Shown here: in pieces, positions 63,311 to 64,000 of the stretch | How positions within the stretch are numbered: the stretch's first letter is position 1 | Layout of the letters: each line of letters starts with the position of its first letter | Source of the DNA: Octopus sinensis | Lineage: Eukaryota | DNA length: 64,000 nucleotides | Assembly (NCBI RefSeq): GCF_006345805.1 | Contig: NC_042998.1 | Coordinates: forward strand, 6,634,001-6,698,000 | Direction of reading: 5' to 3' | Program-made: the position numbers and the translations under genes | The notes under the pieces: generated by a model | What the model was told of the DNA's origin: nothing | Seen by the model: only the letters and a program-made list of their open reading frames with translations | Databases searched by the model: none

Positions 63311-63841
63311 ACGATGAAAAATCCATGCCAACCATCTGCATCCCTGTATCAAATGCCTCTACATTTATACTACACATTTGCCTTGAACCCATGACTTTGT
63401 GAATTGAACTTCTAAACTACGCAACACACTCTTACAACGACCTTTATGATTTGCTCCATTTCTGTCCCCTAAATTTCACTGACTTTATGTGATAGATGTA
63501 ACATGTATGACCATGGGGAACACTATCTCCTTTGGAAACAATTGAGAGTTGGTGACTGGAAGGGCATCCAGCCTTGGAAAATCTGCCTCACCAATTTCCA
63601 TCTGATCCATGCAAGCATGGAAAAGTAGTCGTTAAATGATGATGACGATGATGGTGATGATGGTGGTGATGAAAGTATTCTATTGGTCATTTATGAGCCC
63701 ACAGTTGTTGAAGACCCCTGCACAAGTGAGCATTATAGCACTGAAACCAGACTAAGCAATGGTTTTGGTTACAAGGCTTCACCTGGACATAACATTAAAC
63801 ATTAATATTTTTGCTGGTGTGAATTGTTGTTGCTTGTATAC

Positions 63842-64000
63842 TCTTTTTATTTGTTTCAGTCATTTGACTGTGGCCATGCTGGAGCACCGCCTTCAGTCTA
63901 GCAAATCGACCTCGGGACTTATTCTTTTGTAAGCCCAGTACTTATTCTATCGGTCTCTTTTGCCGAACCGCTAAGTGACGGGGACTTAAACACACCAGCA
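63842..64000 (-). mobile_element. SINE family A 3' part (runs off the window end)
   Basis: tttcagtcatttgactgtggccatgctggagcaccgcc...gaaccgctaagtgacgggg. Confidence 0.85.

Overview
AT-rich, repeat-saturated eukaryotic (animal) DNA. The SINE, RTE and microsatellite repertoire resembles octopus/coleoid cephalopod genomes; this is recognition from memory and was not database-verified. No complete protein-coding gene is present, and almost all ORFs in the track are microsatellite or transposon noise. Retroelements: dozens of tRNA-headed SINEs from at least four families, many 5'-truncated RTE-clade LINEs (two young copies with RT plus an internal PHD-like finger), and CR1/L2, R4/Dong and Penelope-like remnants. 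DNA transposons: mariner, DD37D/maT-like and KIAA1586-like hAT fossils, piggyBac-like MITEs and a Helitron/HINE-like insert. There is also a decayed histone H4 pseudogene and a few isolated candidate exons. Most notable: minimal type I hammerhead ribozyme motifs, namely an inverted pair in a ~620-bp palindrome (5402-6025), one intact motif in a 430-bp retrozyme-like unit (41974-42472) and degenerate copies near 28.8-29.3 kb. The dominant RTE family also appears to insert preferentially into (TA)n microsatellites.
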